DNA from: an uncultured bacterium
GTDB taxonomy: Bacteria; Patescibacteriota; Minisyncoccia; Phycocordibacterales; UBA9973
Direction: 5' to 3'
Length of the DNA stretch: 64,000 nt
Assembly (NCBI GenBank): GCA_903894565.1
Contig: CAITQP010000011.1
Coordinates: forward strand, 6,515 to 70,514
This document shows, piece after piece, positions 37,226-46,187 of the stretch (position 1 is its first letter; each line of letters opens with the position of its first letter). The position numbers were made by a program, and so were the translations under genes. A model generated the notes under the pieces. The model worked only from the letters and a program-made list of their open reading frames with translations, ran no database searches and was not told the DNA's origin.

Positions 37226-37252
37226 AAAAAACCACCATACGGTGGTTTTTTT
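37226..37252 (+). terminator. rho-independent terminator after cohesin gene
   Basis: aaaaaccacc-atac-ggtggttttttt. Confidence 0.75.
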
Positions 37253-37329
37253 GTTGTGCTGCTTTCCTTGCAACGTGAGTGGGACAGTTTATAATTGTAT
37301 GGTATCAATTAGTAAGCTAATAAAATAAT

Positions 37330-38061
37330 ATGGAATCATTTATGACCTTTTGGAAAAACCCAGAAAGTAACGGTGTAAAAAGTTTGATCGTTGTCGTAGC
37401 GCTCGTTCTTGTGGCTTCCTTTGTGTATAAGGGAATGCATACAGACGCACTCCAAAATACTGGAAGTGTCGGTATTTCTCCTACAGCAACTACTGGCACT
37501 GGTGTAGGTGCAGGGTCAGGAACTGGAACCGGTACAACGGTTTCGGGTTCAACATGGATTTGTCCGAGTGCGACAGCCCCAAGTTCTGCTGGAACTCTTA
37601 TCATAAATCCTGATCCACTTTTTCTTTCTGGAAATCTTACACATGGTAGCTCTGGAGCGCTTGGACAGTTCATCGTCTCAAATCCAACTGCGTGTCCAGT
37701 TGCGCTTCTCCGCATGCAATTTGGTTTGAATGATTTGACTCCAACTGACGTCTTTAAGGTTGCTGTGTTTAGTGGTACGAGCATGTTTGGTAATCCTATT
37801 CTCGTTGTTCCAACATCAGTGAGTGTTCCAAATCATTCGTTGGTATACACCTCGACAACTTCAAGTGGCCTCTTGGTTCCACCAGGTGGTTCAGTTACTT
37901 TGACGATGCAGAGTAACGTTGCAACAAGTGCTGTGATTGGTAATTCATTGACTGTGCAACTCTACAAGCTGGCGGGTCGTGATCTTACAGGTATAACTCC
38001 GTATATGTGGACTGCTCATGTCACATCGCCTGTGATTTCAAGTTTGATGACAATCATCTAA
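37330..38061 (+). CDS. N-terminally anchored hypothetical surface protein
   Basis: TM anchor then Gly/Thr-rich linker (TGTGVGAGSGTGTGTT) and beta-rich domain. Confidence 0.45.
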   Translation: MESFMTFWKNPESNGVKSLIVVVALVLVASFVYKGMHTDALQNTGSVGISPTATTGTGVGAGSGTGTGTTVSGSTWICPSATAPSSAGTLIINPDPLFLSGNLTHGSSGALGQFIVSNPTACPVALLRMQFGLNDLTPTDVFKVAVFSGTSMFGNPILVVPTSVSVPNHSLVYTSTTSSGLLVPPGGSVTLTMQSNVATSAVIGNSLTVQLYKLAGRDLTGITPYMWTAHVTSPVISSLMTII

Positions 38062-38082
38062 ATTATCCTTCATTTGAATAAT

Positions 38083-38120
38083 AAAAAATCCGAGCAACTT
38101 TGCTCGGATTTTTTATTTTG
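38083..38120 (+). terminator. rho-independent terminator
   Basis: aaaaaatccgagcaa-ctt-tgctcggatttttt. Confidence 0.75.
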
Positions 38121-38420
38121 ATACGTTACCACTAATTGACATTAGTGTCTAAATATGGTAAATTGCGAATAATTATGTCACGCTCGTTGAAAATAGAAAT
38201 CGACAATCTATCTAAGTAAGAGCGCATGGTGCGCATCATGTGTGCATCGTGCGCTCTTACCTAGGTACGCGAAATCGCAAGTTCCCCTCCGCAAAAGTAA
38301 AACTCAATAGTACATAATGGCGCGCCTGCCATGGAGATGAGTTACGTAAGAAAGCTGACGCGGGAAAGACCGAATTTTCACCCGGATTAAATTAAAAGTC
38401 TCCAACGGGGGAGCAGAACC

Positions 38421-39125
38421 ATGCGTTCAAACAGTATAGTAGAAAAAGGCAAAAATGGTACCGACAGGTTCGGCAAAGTAAGAACCATTCCAATGTCGCC
38501 ACAATACACGTGTGCGAGGGAATCGTGTTCGAAGGCTGGCCTTACAAGGGCGGAAATTGAAAAAATAGAAAAATATTGCGATGTCAATCGCATAACAGCG
38601 TCTCTCCGCGCTGCGACTACAATGAGGAAAGGAGGGAAAAAACTTGATGAAATTCTCTGGATTTTGGACGTTACAAGAAAAAAGAAAACAATTGTAATGT
38701 TAATCCTCGCGCTTGCTGTTTCGGATATTGATGCAGTCAATATCGCAACAGATTTAAAGGATTGTATTGACGAGAATTTTGTAAGCTACAACCGTAGCGG
38801 TGATATTCAATTAGTTTCCATTGGCAACAATGAACCAAACTCGCAGCTAGAATGCGCGCTAGATGCGTGCAAGGAAACTCAAATCGCAGAAGCAGAAATT
38901 AACGAGATTCTTTTTCTCTCCGAAGAAAAGAAAATTGTCGCCTGCTTAAGGGCCGCATGTATTATGAGGATTGGAAAATTGTCACACGATAAAGTGTGTA
39001 TGGTTATCCAAGCCTCCACGGGGTACCGTGGTAATGTTCTAACGGGACTTGCATATATGTTTGCAGATCCGAATGCATTTAATATCGCAATGGATATTTA
39101 TGATAATGTCCTTGAACAAATTTAA
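38421..39125 (+). CDS. hypothetical protein with two ~75-aa internal repeats
   Basis: repeat 1 LTRAEIEKIEKYCDVNRITASLRAATTMRKGGKKLDEILWI.. versus repeat 2 IAEAEINEILFLSEEKKIVACLRAACIMRIGKLSHDKVCMVI.. Confidence 0.45.
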   Translation: MRSNSIVEKGKNGTDRFGKVRTIPMSPQYTCARESCSKAGLTRAEIEKIEKYCDVNRITASLRAATTMRKGGKKLDEILWILDVTRKKKTIVMLILALAVSDIDAVNIATDLKDCIDENFVSYNRSGDIQLVSIGNNEPNSQLECALDACKETQIAEAEINEILFLSEEKKIVACLRAACIMRIGKLSHDKVCMVIQASTGYRGNVLTGLAYMFADPNAFNIAMDIYDNVLEQI

Positions 39126-39140
39126 GCAATTTATGAAAAC

Positions 39141-39176
39141 TACCCACAGAAAGCCCATGCTTTGTGTGGGTTTTTT
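39141..39176 (+). terminator. rho-independent terminator
   Basis: cccaca-N16-tgtggg followed by T6. Confidence 0.6.
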
Positions 39177-39199
39177 GTATCTATTTTCGATTACGTTTT

Positions 39200-39751
39200 T
39201 TATTTCTGCGTCGTTGCGAGCACTGGCGTTACTGGACGAATGACGATGAATCGTTTTTTCCATGCGGCAAGGAATTTTGTTGCTGAGATTTCTCCGACAC
39301 CAGCTTTTCCTGATGGGTTGTTGTAGTACACCGTGTCGTTATCAATGCCGTCGACTACTACCATATGCGGAAGTGTATTCTTTGGATCGAATTTGTAATG
39401 AATCGATGCAATCACTGGGCCGTCCTTCAATTGATTTTTGAGTTCAGTAAATGCTTTGGCTGAAGTGAGTCCAGCAAAATCATATGTCTTGCCATCGAGA
39501 TCATATTTTTGGGAAAGTTTGATAAGTCCAGCGTATGACCATCCAACATTATTGATGAATGCACCAGAAACGATTCCTTGCTTGAGCAAAGATTCTACCG
39601 ACACAGTGTCTGCCTTGTTATAGTAATCAATAATCATGGCAAGACTTGTGATGCCACAGCCTTGCATCTGCCATGTATGAGAAGCGATTTCGGTTATTTG
39701 CGAATGGTAGGGGACATTCGCGATAGTTTGCGGTAGGGTAATTGGGAGCAT
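39200..39751 (-). CDS. peptidase C39-like (YvpB-type papain-fold) domain protein
   Basis: QMQGCGITSLAMIIDYY nucleophile block; downstream His in HMVVVDG. Confidence 0.55.
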   Translation of the reverse strand: MLPITLPQTIANVPYHSQITEIASHTWQMQGCGITSLAMIIDYYNKADTVSVESLLKQGIVSGAFINNVGWSYAGLIKLSQKYDLDGKTYDFAGLTSAKAFTELKNQLKDGPVIASIHYKFDPKNTLPHMVVVDGIDNDTVYYNNPSGKAGVGEISATKFLAAWKKRFIVIRPVTPVLATTQK

Positions 39752-39805
39752 CTATCTATCCTTTCACACATGACTTGCAATAGCAAGAAAAGTGTTGCAA
39801 TATCC

Positions 39806-40672
39806 TTATTCTTCAACGACTACCGGAGTACCGAGATCTGCCCATGCATACATTTTTTTGGCATTTTCTGCTCGTTGATTGATACAGCCATGAGACATTG
39901 GTTGTCCGAAACTATCATGCCAGTATGCAGTATGAAGGACTGATCCATCAGCCGTGAAATACATATCCCATGCTACTCCAGGCAAGTCGTATGATTCAGT
40001 TACCTCACTATCAGGCAATGGTCCTTGCATATATCGGCTTGGCGTTTTTCTGTAAATTTTAAAATTTCCAACAGTTGTAGGATTTGCTTCTATACCAGTT
40101 GAGATTGCTTCTTCCATAAAGAGTTGATCTCCGTCATACGCCTCAAGCGTTTCTTTTGTGAGGTTGACCACGATACGTTTATTTGTTTGAGGAGTCACAT
40201 CAGTCGAATTGATTTGAACATCGCCTGGATCAGTAAAGTGCACCACGAAGCCAGCATCGCTTGCTACGTACCAATCACTTTTCACTCGTTCAGGATGCCA
40301 GAGCTGTTTGTCTTGAATTACTTTGTACCAATTGAATCCGTCGCCTGAGACAGTCTCTGGCTCGACACGGAGCACGATGCCTGCACGTAGGCGCATGACG
40401 ACACTGTATCGCGTTCCGGCTCCTGTGCGCACGTTTACGCACGATCCTGTAAATTTCCAATCACAGCCACCCGTAATCTCAATGTAATGAGAGACAGGAG
40501 TCGAGTCTATGACTGGGGGAGTGACTTGTGGTGCTTCGGGAGTAGCGTCAGAGGCAACATTTGCAGGCAATACATTCGTGACTAAAGTGGCACCGTGTTC
40601 ATATCGCGAGATACCAAAAATGACAAGCAGGATACCGAATACAATACCTCCGTATATCCAAGAGTTTTTCAT
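39806..40672 (-). CDS. L,D-transpeptidase with N-terminal SH3b-like domain
   Basis: N-terminal TM, SH3_3-like segment, YkuD catalytic motif SHGCINQ. Confidence 0.8.
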   Translation of the reverse strand: MKNSWIYGGIVFGILLVIFGISRYEHGATLVTNVLPANVASDATPEAPQVTPPVIDSTPVSHYIEITGGCDWKFTGSCVNVRTGAGTRYSVVMRLRAGIVLRVEPETVSGDGFNWYKVIQDKQLWHPERVKSDWYVASDAGFVVHFTDPGDVQINSTDVTPQTNKRIVVNLTKETLEAYDGDQLFMEEAISTGIEANPTTVGNFKIYRKTPSRYMQGPLPDSEVTESYDLPGVAWDMYFTADGSVLHTAYWHDSFGQPMSHGCINQRAENAKKMYAWADLGTPVVVEE

Positions 40673-40780
40673 TCGTTCATACTAGACCTTTCTCAGGATA
40701 TGTACAGGAGCAACTTTATATCAGGGATGATATATTTGACAATATTGAAATATAATGTATATTGAAAAAAAACACACGTT

Positions 40781-41350
40781 ATGGTTAAAAAGAATATAGT
40801 AACTTTTGATCAGTTACATCAGAGGGATTTTCCCGTGGCATATTCGCCAGAAAAATTTGAAATTAAAAAATATTTTGGAGCTCTTCCGTTTTCGGCTGAG
40901 CCATCTGATCTTATCTCATTGATAAGACAGTACGGAAAATCATATATGCCGATCGATGTTTGGACTGTCTATCCTGACGACATCTTACCGATTTTTGTAC
41001 AGGATAAACTTTGTCATGCGAACACAATGTTGCATGCAAAGACGCTGTTAAACAATGGCAAGACGGGTGCAGATTTCCAAGTCGTTACCGGCTTGTATGC
41101 TATTGATCGAGTTTGTGACAATGTGTGCGTAGTCTCAAGTCACAGCTGGATCCAGTACCAAGGAAAGATTTTGGATCTATCCTTGCTTCATCGAAAACAA
41201 GATTATACGGTGTATGAATATTTCGGTATTTTGTACGATCCTGAAACTGCCGTCGATAATTCTTGGCACTTGTTCTTTAAACAAACAAGAGGTGTTGAGG
41301 TTATCCCGCTTGGAGCTCTCAAAAACATTCCCCGCTTACGTAGTACGTAA
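40781..41350 (+). CDS. transglutaminase-like cysteine peptidase fold protein
   Basis: Cys block KLCHANTMLHAKTLLNNGKTGADFQVVTG, His block SHSWIQYQGKILDLS (C-H-D order). Confidence 0.4.
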   Translation: MVKKNIVTFDQLHQRDFPVAYSPEKFEIKKYFGALPFSAEPSDLISLIRQYGKSYMPIDVWTVYPDDILPIFVQDKLCHANTMLHAKTLLNNGKTGADFQVVTGLYAIDRVCDNVCVVSSHSWIQYQGKILDLSLLHRKQDYTVYEYFGILYDPETAVDNSWHLFFKQTRGVEVIPLGALKNIPRLRST

Positions 41351-41363
41351 GCGGTTTTTTTTA
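41332..41363 (+). terminator. rho-independent terminator
   Basis: ccgcttacgta-g-tacgtaagcgg followed by T8. Confidence 0.7.
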
Positions 41364-41415
41364 TTACCTTTTCAAAGGATGCATTTTTGAAGGTTAGTGC
41401 TAAGATGTGCACGGT

Positions 41416-41631
41416 ATGGAAACACATCCAAAAAATCCACTTCAAGGCAAAACACTCGAGATGATTCTCACGGCACTTGTACAGGAATATGGCTGGGCAG
41501 AGCTCGGTGAGCGTATTCCAGTGAATTGTTTTCTCAAAGATCCGAGCATCAAATCAAGTTTGGTATTTTTGCGTCGAACTCCGTGGGCACGAAAAAAAGT
41601 TGAGACGATGTATCTTCGCACGATGAAATAA
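41416..41631 (+). CDS. DUF2132/VF530-like small conserved protein
   Basis: METHPKNPLQGKTLE...LRRTPWARKKVE.MY pattern resembles DUF2132. Confidence 0.45.
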   Translation: METHPKNPLQGKTLEMILTALVQEYGWAELGERIPVNCFLKDPSIKSSLVFLRRTPWARKKVETMYLRTMK

Positions 41632-41685
41632 TTGCATAATAAATAGCGCATGCTCGATGTTCGAGGATGCGCTATTTTGTTTCTG

Positions 41686-42465
41686 TTACGAACGTCGTAA
41701 TTTTTCTTCCAAAGCATGTTCTCTCTGACCTACGAATCCAAAGATATCAGTATGTCGAGGTTCGTTGAATAGAATCGGATAGAAGTCATTCCGAGCCGTG
41801 AGTTGCCCTCCCGTTTGTGCGTTATGTGCATACGGCTGTCCTTTTTGTACCATCGTATAATTCGTGATGGTATTCAAAGCAGTAAATCCGTCTCGTTTTG
41901 GCAGTGATTCACCAATCCGAAAAACGACTTTACTTTTCGTTGGTTTGGATGTTGTTTCGACAGGGAAGCCGAGTGATTTAAGCATCAAGGAAATTCCGCC
42001 GATCGTACCTGAGAGTGCCTTGTGGCTCGTGTCGGGGCCATACTCAAATCCGATACCGATACGTGCGTCCGAAATTAGTGAGTTACCTTTTGTAATATCC
42101 ATCAAGAGTACATACTTCGCGTTTGTCTCACGAATCAAGGCAATCGTTTCCTCTGTTACCTTCGTGATGATGATCGCAGAGCGTAACCCACTTTCGGTCG
42201 AATGGATGTCGATAACGACGTCATACGATTTGATTACAGGATGCAGGTTGTATGCGATACGTTCCTCGAAGGATCCGTCTGGCTTGCCAGGAAATACTCG
42301 ATTTAAGTCACTTTCGATAAAGCGAACACCTCGGGACAAGGCTTCGGGGTTCGCAATGGTGTAGTGCAGGTTGTCATTGTCGCCAATGAGCTTGCGAAAA
42401 TGATTGATTACGTTTGCTCCGATTTGTTCGGTACCGTGGGTACCACCGTTGATAAGAATCTTCAT
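41686..42465 (-). CDS. succinylglutamate desuccinylase/aspartoacylase (AstE/AspA) family zinc hydrolase
   Basis: GGTHGTEQIG and DLNRVFPG motifs. Confidence 0.75.
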   Translation of the reverse strand: MKILINGGTHGTEQIGANVINHFRKLIGDNDNLHYTIANPEALSRGVRFIESDLNRVFPGKPDGSFEERIAYNLHPVIKSYDVVIDIHSTESGLRSAIIITKVTEETIALIRETNAKYVLLMDITKGNSLISDARIGIGFEYGPDTSHKALSGTIGGISLMLKSLGFPVETTSKPTKSKVVFRIGESLPKRDGFTALNTITNYTMVQKGQPYAHNAQTGGQLTARNDFYPILFNEPRHTDIFGFVGQREHALEEKLRRS

Positions 42466-42643
42466 ACATGTTTTGTTTAAAATTACGAAATATTGTTTTG
42501 TGAAAGAAAATACCGGCTTATGCGCCGGTGTATGAATTACTTTTCAGAAGGGGAGAAAGGAATCAACAAATCAGCGCACGAGCTTTTGTATTGCTTGCGC
42601 GTTGCCATGTTTTTTGGTTTGAATACGTAATATATATCATATG

Positions 42644-42677
42644 AGTATGTTATTCTGTACTAGTACAATATAACATA
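42644..42677. promoter_or_regulatory. 34-bp imperfect palindrome in AT-rich intergenic region
   Basis: GTATGTTATTCTGTACT|AGTACAATATAACATAC (15/17 half-site symmetry). Confidence 0.3.
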
Positions 42678-42823
42678 CCTCAAGCGTTCCGCGCAATAAA
42701 TTTGAAAGTATGATGTCTATTGACATGTTTTAATAATGTTTTATTTTTAATAAAAACAAACGCCATGGTAAAACTCAAGATTGTAATCCTGCAGAGCTAC
42801 ATGGAGCAGATTTCTGCGAAAAA

Positions 42824-43177
42824 TTGTTAAAAAAAAATTTCCCAGAATACGAGTACCTTAGCCTTGATTCATTTGATCAAGCAGTGGAGACTCTCCCTAC
42901 GGAAGGAAAGTTACTTGTGATTACGAGCAACACATTCCATGATGGTCTTTCAGACTATCAATCGAAGACCTCTGTAATTTCGCGTTATGACAAAAATGCG
43001 AATCTCCTCGCACAATTGTTGAAGGAGAAAAACCCGGAGACTAAAGTCATCGTGTATGCAGACTCACTGCACGATGATCGTTATGTTGATGATTATGTTA
43101 TGAAAAACGGGAGAGGGGGAGGTGGGGCGGAAGTCGTTCCAGGATCACTATCGAAAGCAATCCGAAAATTTCTTTAG
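42824..43177 (+). CDS. hypothetical protein (TTG start; possible -1/+2 frame link to upstream MVKLKIVILQ... mini-ORF through an A9 run)
   Basis: 117-aa ORF; alternating hydrophobic/acidic pattern faintly receiver-like; Gly4 near C-terminus. Confidence 0.35.
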   Translation: MLKKNFPEYEYLSLDSFDQAVETLPTEGKLLVITSNTFHDGLSDYQSKTSVISRYDKNANLLAQLLKEKNPETKVIVYADSLHDDRYVDDYVMKNGRGGGGAEVVPGSLSKAIRKFL

Positions 43178-43299
43178 GTTTCTCAGTACTACGATATTGG
43201 CTGCTTCATCAATCGAAGCAGCTTTTTCATTCGTAGCCGCAATTCATGGAAATATTGACAAAATATAGATTCATGATAGAATGAAAAAAAATCGTTTCT

Positions 43300-43733
43300 A
43301 TGCAAGATACAATAATGAATCAGGTCAAAAATCTGACCATCGAAAAGTTTGTAATAATTGCGATTGCACTTCTAGGTGTATATGCAATCCCGTTCGAATT
43401 CTTATATGAACGGAGAACTATTGAATATCAAAAAATTCCATTGGATGAATTTTTTTGGTTTTTTTGAAAGCAAACGTAGGCATCCACATAATACTGGCCG
43501 TCATTGTCGTATTTATTCGTTGGGTGATCGAGGAAATTTTCTTCGGTCGTCCGAGTACGGGTGTTTTGTTTTTTGCTTCAGGCTTGGTAATTGTTTTCAT
43601 TGCGATATCAACTGATTCATATCCTACAAAACCAGGACATGAACCAATCGCCTTATGGAGCAGTATAGTGATGGACCTATTCTCATTTTTTGTAATCCTG
43701 TATATTGCTGAAAGGATACGAAGATGGGCGTAA
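43300..43733 (+). pseudogene. small membrane protein gene split by a frameshift in T7 runs (or sequencing error)
   Basis: 55-aa ORF 43300-43467 (MQDTIMNQVKNLTIEKFVIIAIALLGVYAIPFEF...) and 92-aa ORF 43455-43733 in another frame overlap across gaatttttttggtttttttgaaag. Confidence 0.3.
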
Positions 43734-43803
43734 ATTAAATTGTGCTTAAAATAGCTTATCCAAAATGGGTAAGCTATTTTAACAATATATAAGGACTTTC
43801 AGA

Positions 43804-43833
43804 TTGACACTATGTCAAGTAGTATGCTATAAT
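43804..43833 (+). promoter_or_regulatory. near-consensus sigma70 promoter
   Basis: TTGACA-N18-TATAAT followed by 9-bp hairpin gttatctca/tgagataac at ~43893-43930. Confidence 0.45.
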
Positions 43834-44128
43834 ATTTTTTAAGCCATATTGAAAAAAATTTGTTTTGAAAGGTCGTTGATTTGGTTATCTCAGAGATGAT
43901 TTCTCATGCTTGAGATAACGACAATAAAAATTGTTCGTTACGGGCAATTTTTATTTTGGTGTTACGTCGCGCATGGTGTTGGACGAAGTTAGAATCTTTT
44001 TACGGCAGGCGAATATGAGGTATTTGGCTTGTAAAAACCTGGAAGAGCAATATAAAAAGAAAACTCGCCAGTGTTGGAGCGTGTTTTCTCCAACCTGTGC
44101 GAGTTTGTTGATAGCGTGTTTGTGCTAC

Positions 44129-44443
44129 TTATTTGCCTGCTCTTTTTTCGGTTAATTGCTTAATTCCAAAGAAAATACCAAGCGCCCCAAAAAACAATTC
44201 GGATATTCGCCCGAGAAATACTGCAACGAGCTGAATAATTGGAAAATCGCTCATGTTAGGGATGATAATAATCCGCATCAGTATTTCCAGGCAGATCAAC
44301 CCGAAGATCGTGGCCATGATGGTGCAAATACCCCGTTCAATAGTACTCTCTGTTTTAAGACCGAGGATGAGCATATCAAAAAAAGATATTCCTGCAATCG
44401 CCATAAAAAATAGTTGTGTCATTTCGTGCATGTCGTTGTTCAT
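44129..44443 (-). CDS. hypothetical small membrane protein
   Basis: 104 aa, three hydrophobic segments. Confidence 0.4.
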   Translation of the reverse strand: MNNDMHEMTQLFFMAIAGISFFDMLILGLKTESTIERGICTIMATIFGLICLEILMRIIIIPNMSDFPIIQLVAVFLGRISELFFGALGIFFGIKQLTEKRAGK

Positions 44444-44968
44444 AATGCATCATTTTGAGGTGACTAAATTAGTTTTAATCGTTACAGAAAAAAGTGGATT
44501 GTTTTCTTACTTTCTCGTTAGTCCATACGACAATCTTGCTTTGGGCAGATGCACCCGATGCAGTACTTAAGGCAACAACAATTGCCGATACTATTTTTCT
44601 CATAATTTAACTGTTAAGGATGAATTTATGAGTTATTAATACTATAGATTCTTTGATATGTCAAAAAATACGAAATACAAGTCAGCTGGAGGGGCGTTCA
44701 CAGAAGGCCTATTTCTTATGAAGCATTCTGTTTTGAGCGCAGCTGCCAGATATTCTGAAGGATGAACATGGCCAGGCTGAGCGCGCTGAGCGTGTTGATG
44801 AGCAATATCAGGCGTCCAAAGCAGGTTAAGCAGAAAAACGCTTGCTCAGATGGCTGAGTTCGGCAGTGAGATTTATTCACAGGAAGAATTAGTTGCGGAA
44901 ATGGGTACTTGTTACCTGCAATCCTTCGCCGGGCAGACTTCAAGAGAGAAGCCTTTGAGGAGGCATAT

Positions 44969-45517
44969 ATGGCATATATAGAACGATATACGCTTACTGA
45001 TAAGCATATTGCCCGTTTTAAAAAGGGTATCAAAGATGCCCTTGATTCTGCCAATAAAAAAGGCTTTATGGAAGCTGAGGAGTTAAGAGCAACTATTGCT
45101 GACTTGAATGAGAAACAGACTGGGTTAATTGAAAAAAATGCGAAGGGGATAATAAGTGATACTATTTTGCGCCGCCAATTGGAACAGATCGAGGACACCC
45201 TTACAAAAACAAATGCAGAACTTTATAAGCTACCCCAAAATCAAGAAGATATTGGAGAGCTGTTAGATTATGCAAGCGAATACCTTAAAAACCCAAGCCG
45301 TACTTGGGTGGATGCAACATTTATTCAAAAGTTACAATTACAGTGGTTCGAATTCCCGCAAGGAATCACTTTTCAAAAAGGAAAGTTTCGAACCGGAGAA
45401 CTAGCCAGTATCTTCAAGGTGAAAGATATTTTTTTACCTAGCTCGTCCTCTACTGTGCGCGATAGAGGATTCGAACCTCTGACCCTCCCCACGTCAAGGG
45501 GATGCTCTACCAACTGA
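44969..45517 (+). pseudogene. C-terminal remnant of a large serine recombinase (coiled-coil + C-terminal beta domain), 3' end overlapping tRNA-Val
   Basis: GAGGAGG SD then MAYIERY...; KNAKGIISDTILRRQLEQIEDTLTKTNAELYKL and NPSRTWVDATFIQKLQLQWFEF... resemble serine-integrase C-terminal regions; no catalytic domain; upstream 44700-44968 is GC-rich with coding-like fragments in three frames. Confidence 0.35.
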
Positions 45518-45528
45518 GCTAACCGCGC
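45456..45528 (-). tRNA. tRNA-Val (anticodon GAC)
   Basis: GCGCGGTTAGCTCAGTTGGTAGAGCATCCCCTTGACGTGGGGAGGGTCAGAGGTTCGAATCCTCTATCGCGCA folds as a cloverleaf; no encoded CCA. Confidence 0.85.
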
Positions 45529-45636
45529 GTTCTTTATACAATAGCAGATTTACGATGGAATTCAAGGTGTGTTTGATTATTTTATATAAATATGGTATAA
45601 TATATTTCACACCATTTTAAAAAATAAAAATCGATT

Positions 45637-46128
45637 ATGTTCACAGCGACAAATGGTACGCACCCGCTCTATGTGGTGCCTGCCGGTGACGTAAAAGCAC
45701 TTTCGCTTTTAGGTCACTTTAACGATAGAATCTCCCTCGAAATTGGGAGCGAAGAAATTGTATGCGTACCTTCGAATATTTGTACGCGGGACGCTCTAAT
45801 TTACGAACGGGCATTCGTTCCAGTCGACGAGGTGGTCCTCACTCGACTTGCTCTGAATATTCTTGATAACAAGTGTCGGCGTGATTCGACACTTGTTATC
45901 CTGAACACAGGAGTATTTCAACTCCTGTGTGCTGAATATGCATTCAGGAAATACTTCACGACTCCTCTCGAAAGGAGGTACCGAGTAGCTTTTGTGCCAT
46001 TTAGGCAAAATCTGAGCTCATTGAGAGGCGCGTGGTACGTGCTTCGAAGTTTGGAAAATGGATTCCAATTGGAACCCATTCGAAAAGAAGCTACTACTGA
46101 GCAAAAAATGCAACTATGGTTGCAGTAA
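45637..46128 (+). CDS. hypothetical protein between two tRNA genes
   Basis: 163-aa ORF with elevated GC relative to the window; no family recognised. Confidence 0.45.
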   Translation: MFTATNGTHPLYVVPAGDVKALSLLGHFNDRISLEIGSEEIVCVPSNICTRDALIYERAFVPVDEVVLTRLALNILDNKCRRDSTLVILNTGVFQLLCAEYAFRKYFTTPLERRYRVAFVPFRQNLSSLRGAWYVLRSLENGFQLEPIRKEATTEQKMQLWLQ

Positions 46129-46187
46129 AACAGTACTTATCAATTCAGAAAAAGGCGTTCCACAATCGGAGCGCCTTTTTTTGTTTG

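Noticed and set aside
43931-44155. 74-aa plus-strand ORF downstream of the consensus promoter
   Set aside because: No family or domain features. It overlaps the convergent membrane-protein gene. Retained only as a possibility in the promoter finding.
44716-45198. 160-aa minus-strand ORF antisense to the recombinase fragment
   Set aside because: Low-complexity S/I/L/F-rich translation typical of antisense reading of a GC-skewed coding region. No start context.
44690-45460. E. coli or vector contamination as explanation for the GC-rich segment
   Set aside because: The segment is short, flanked on both sides by native AT-rich sequence within one contig, and fused to a native-looking tRNA. Chimeric assembly cannot be excluded without reads, but horizontal acquisition is the simpler reading.
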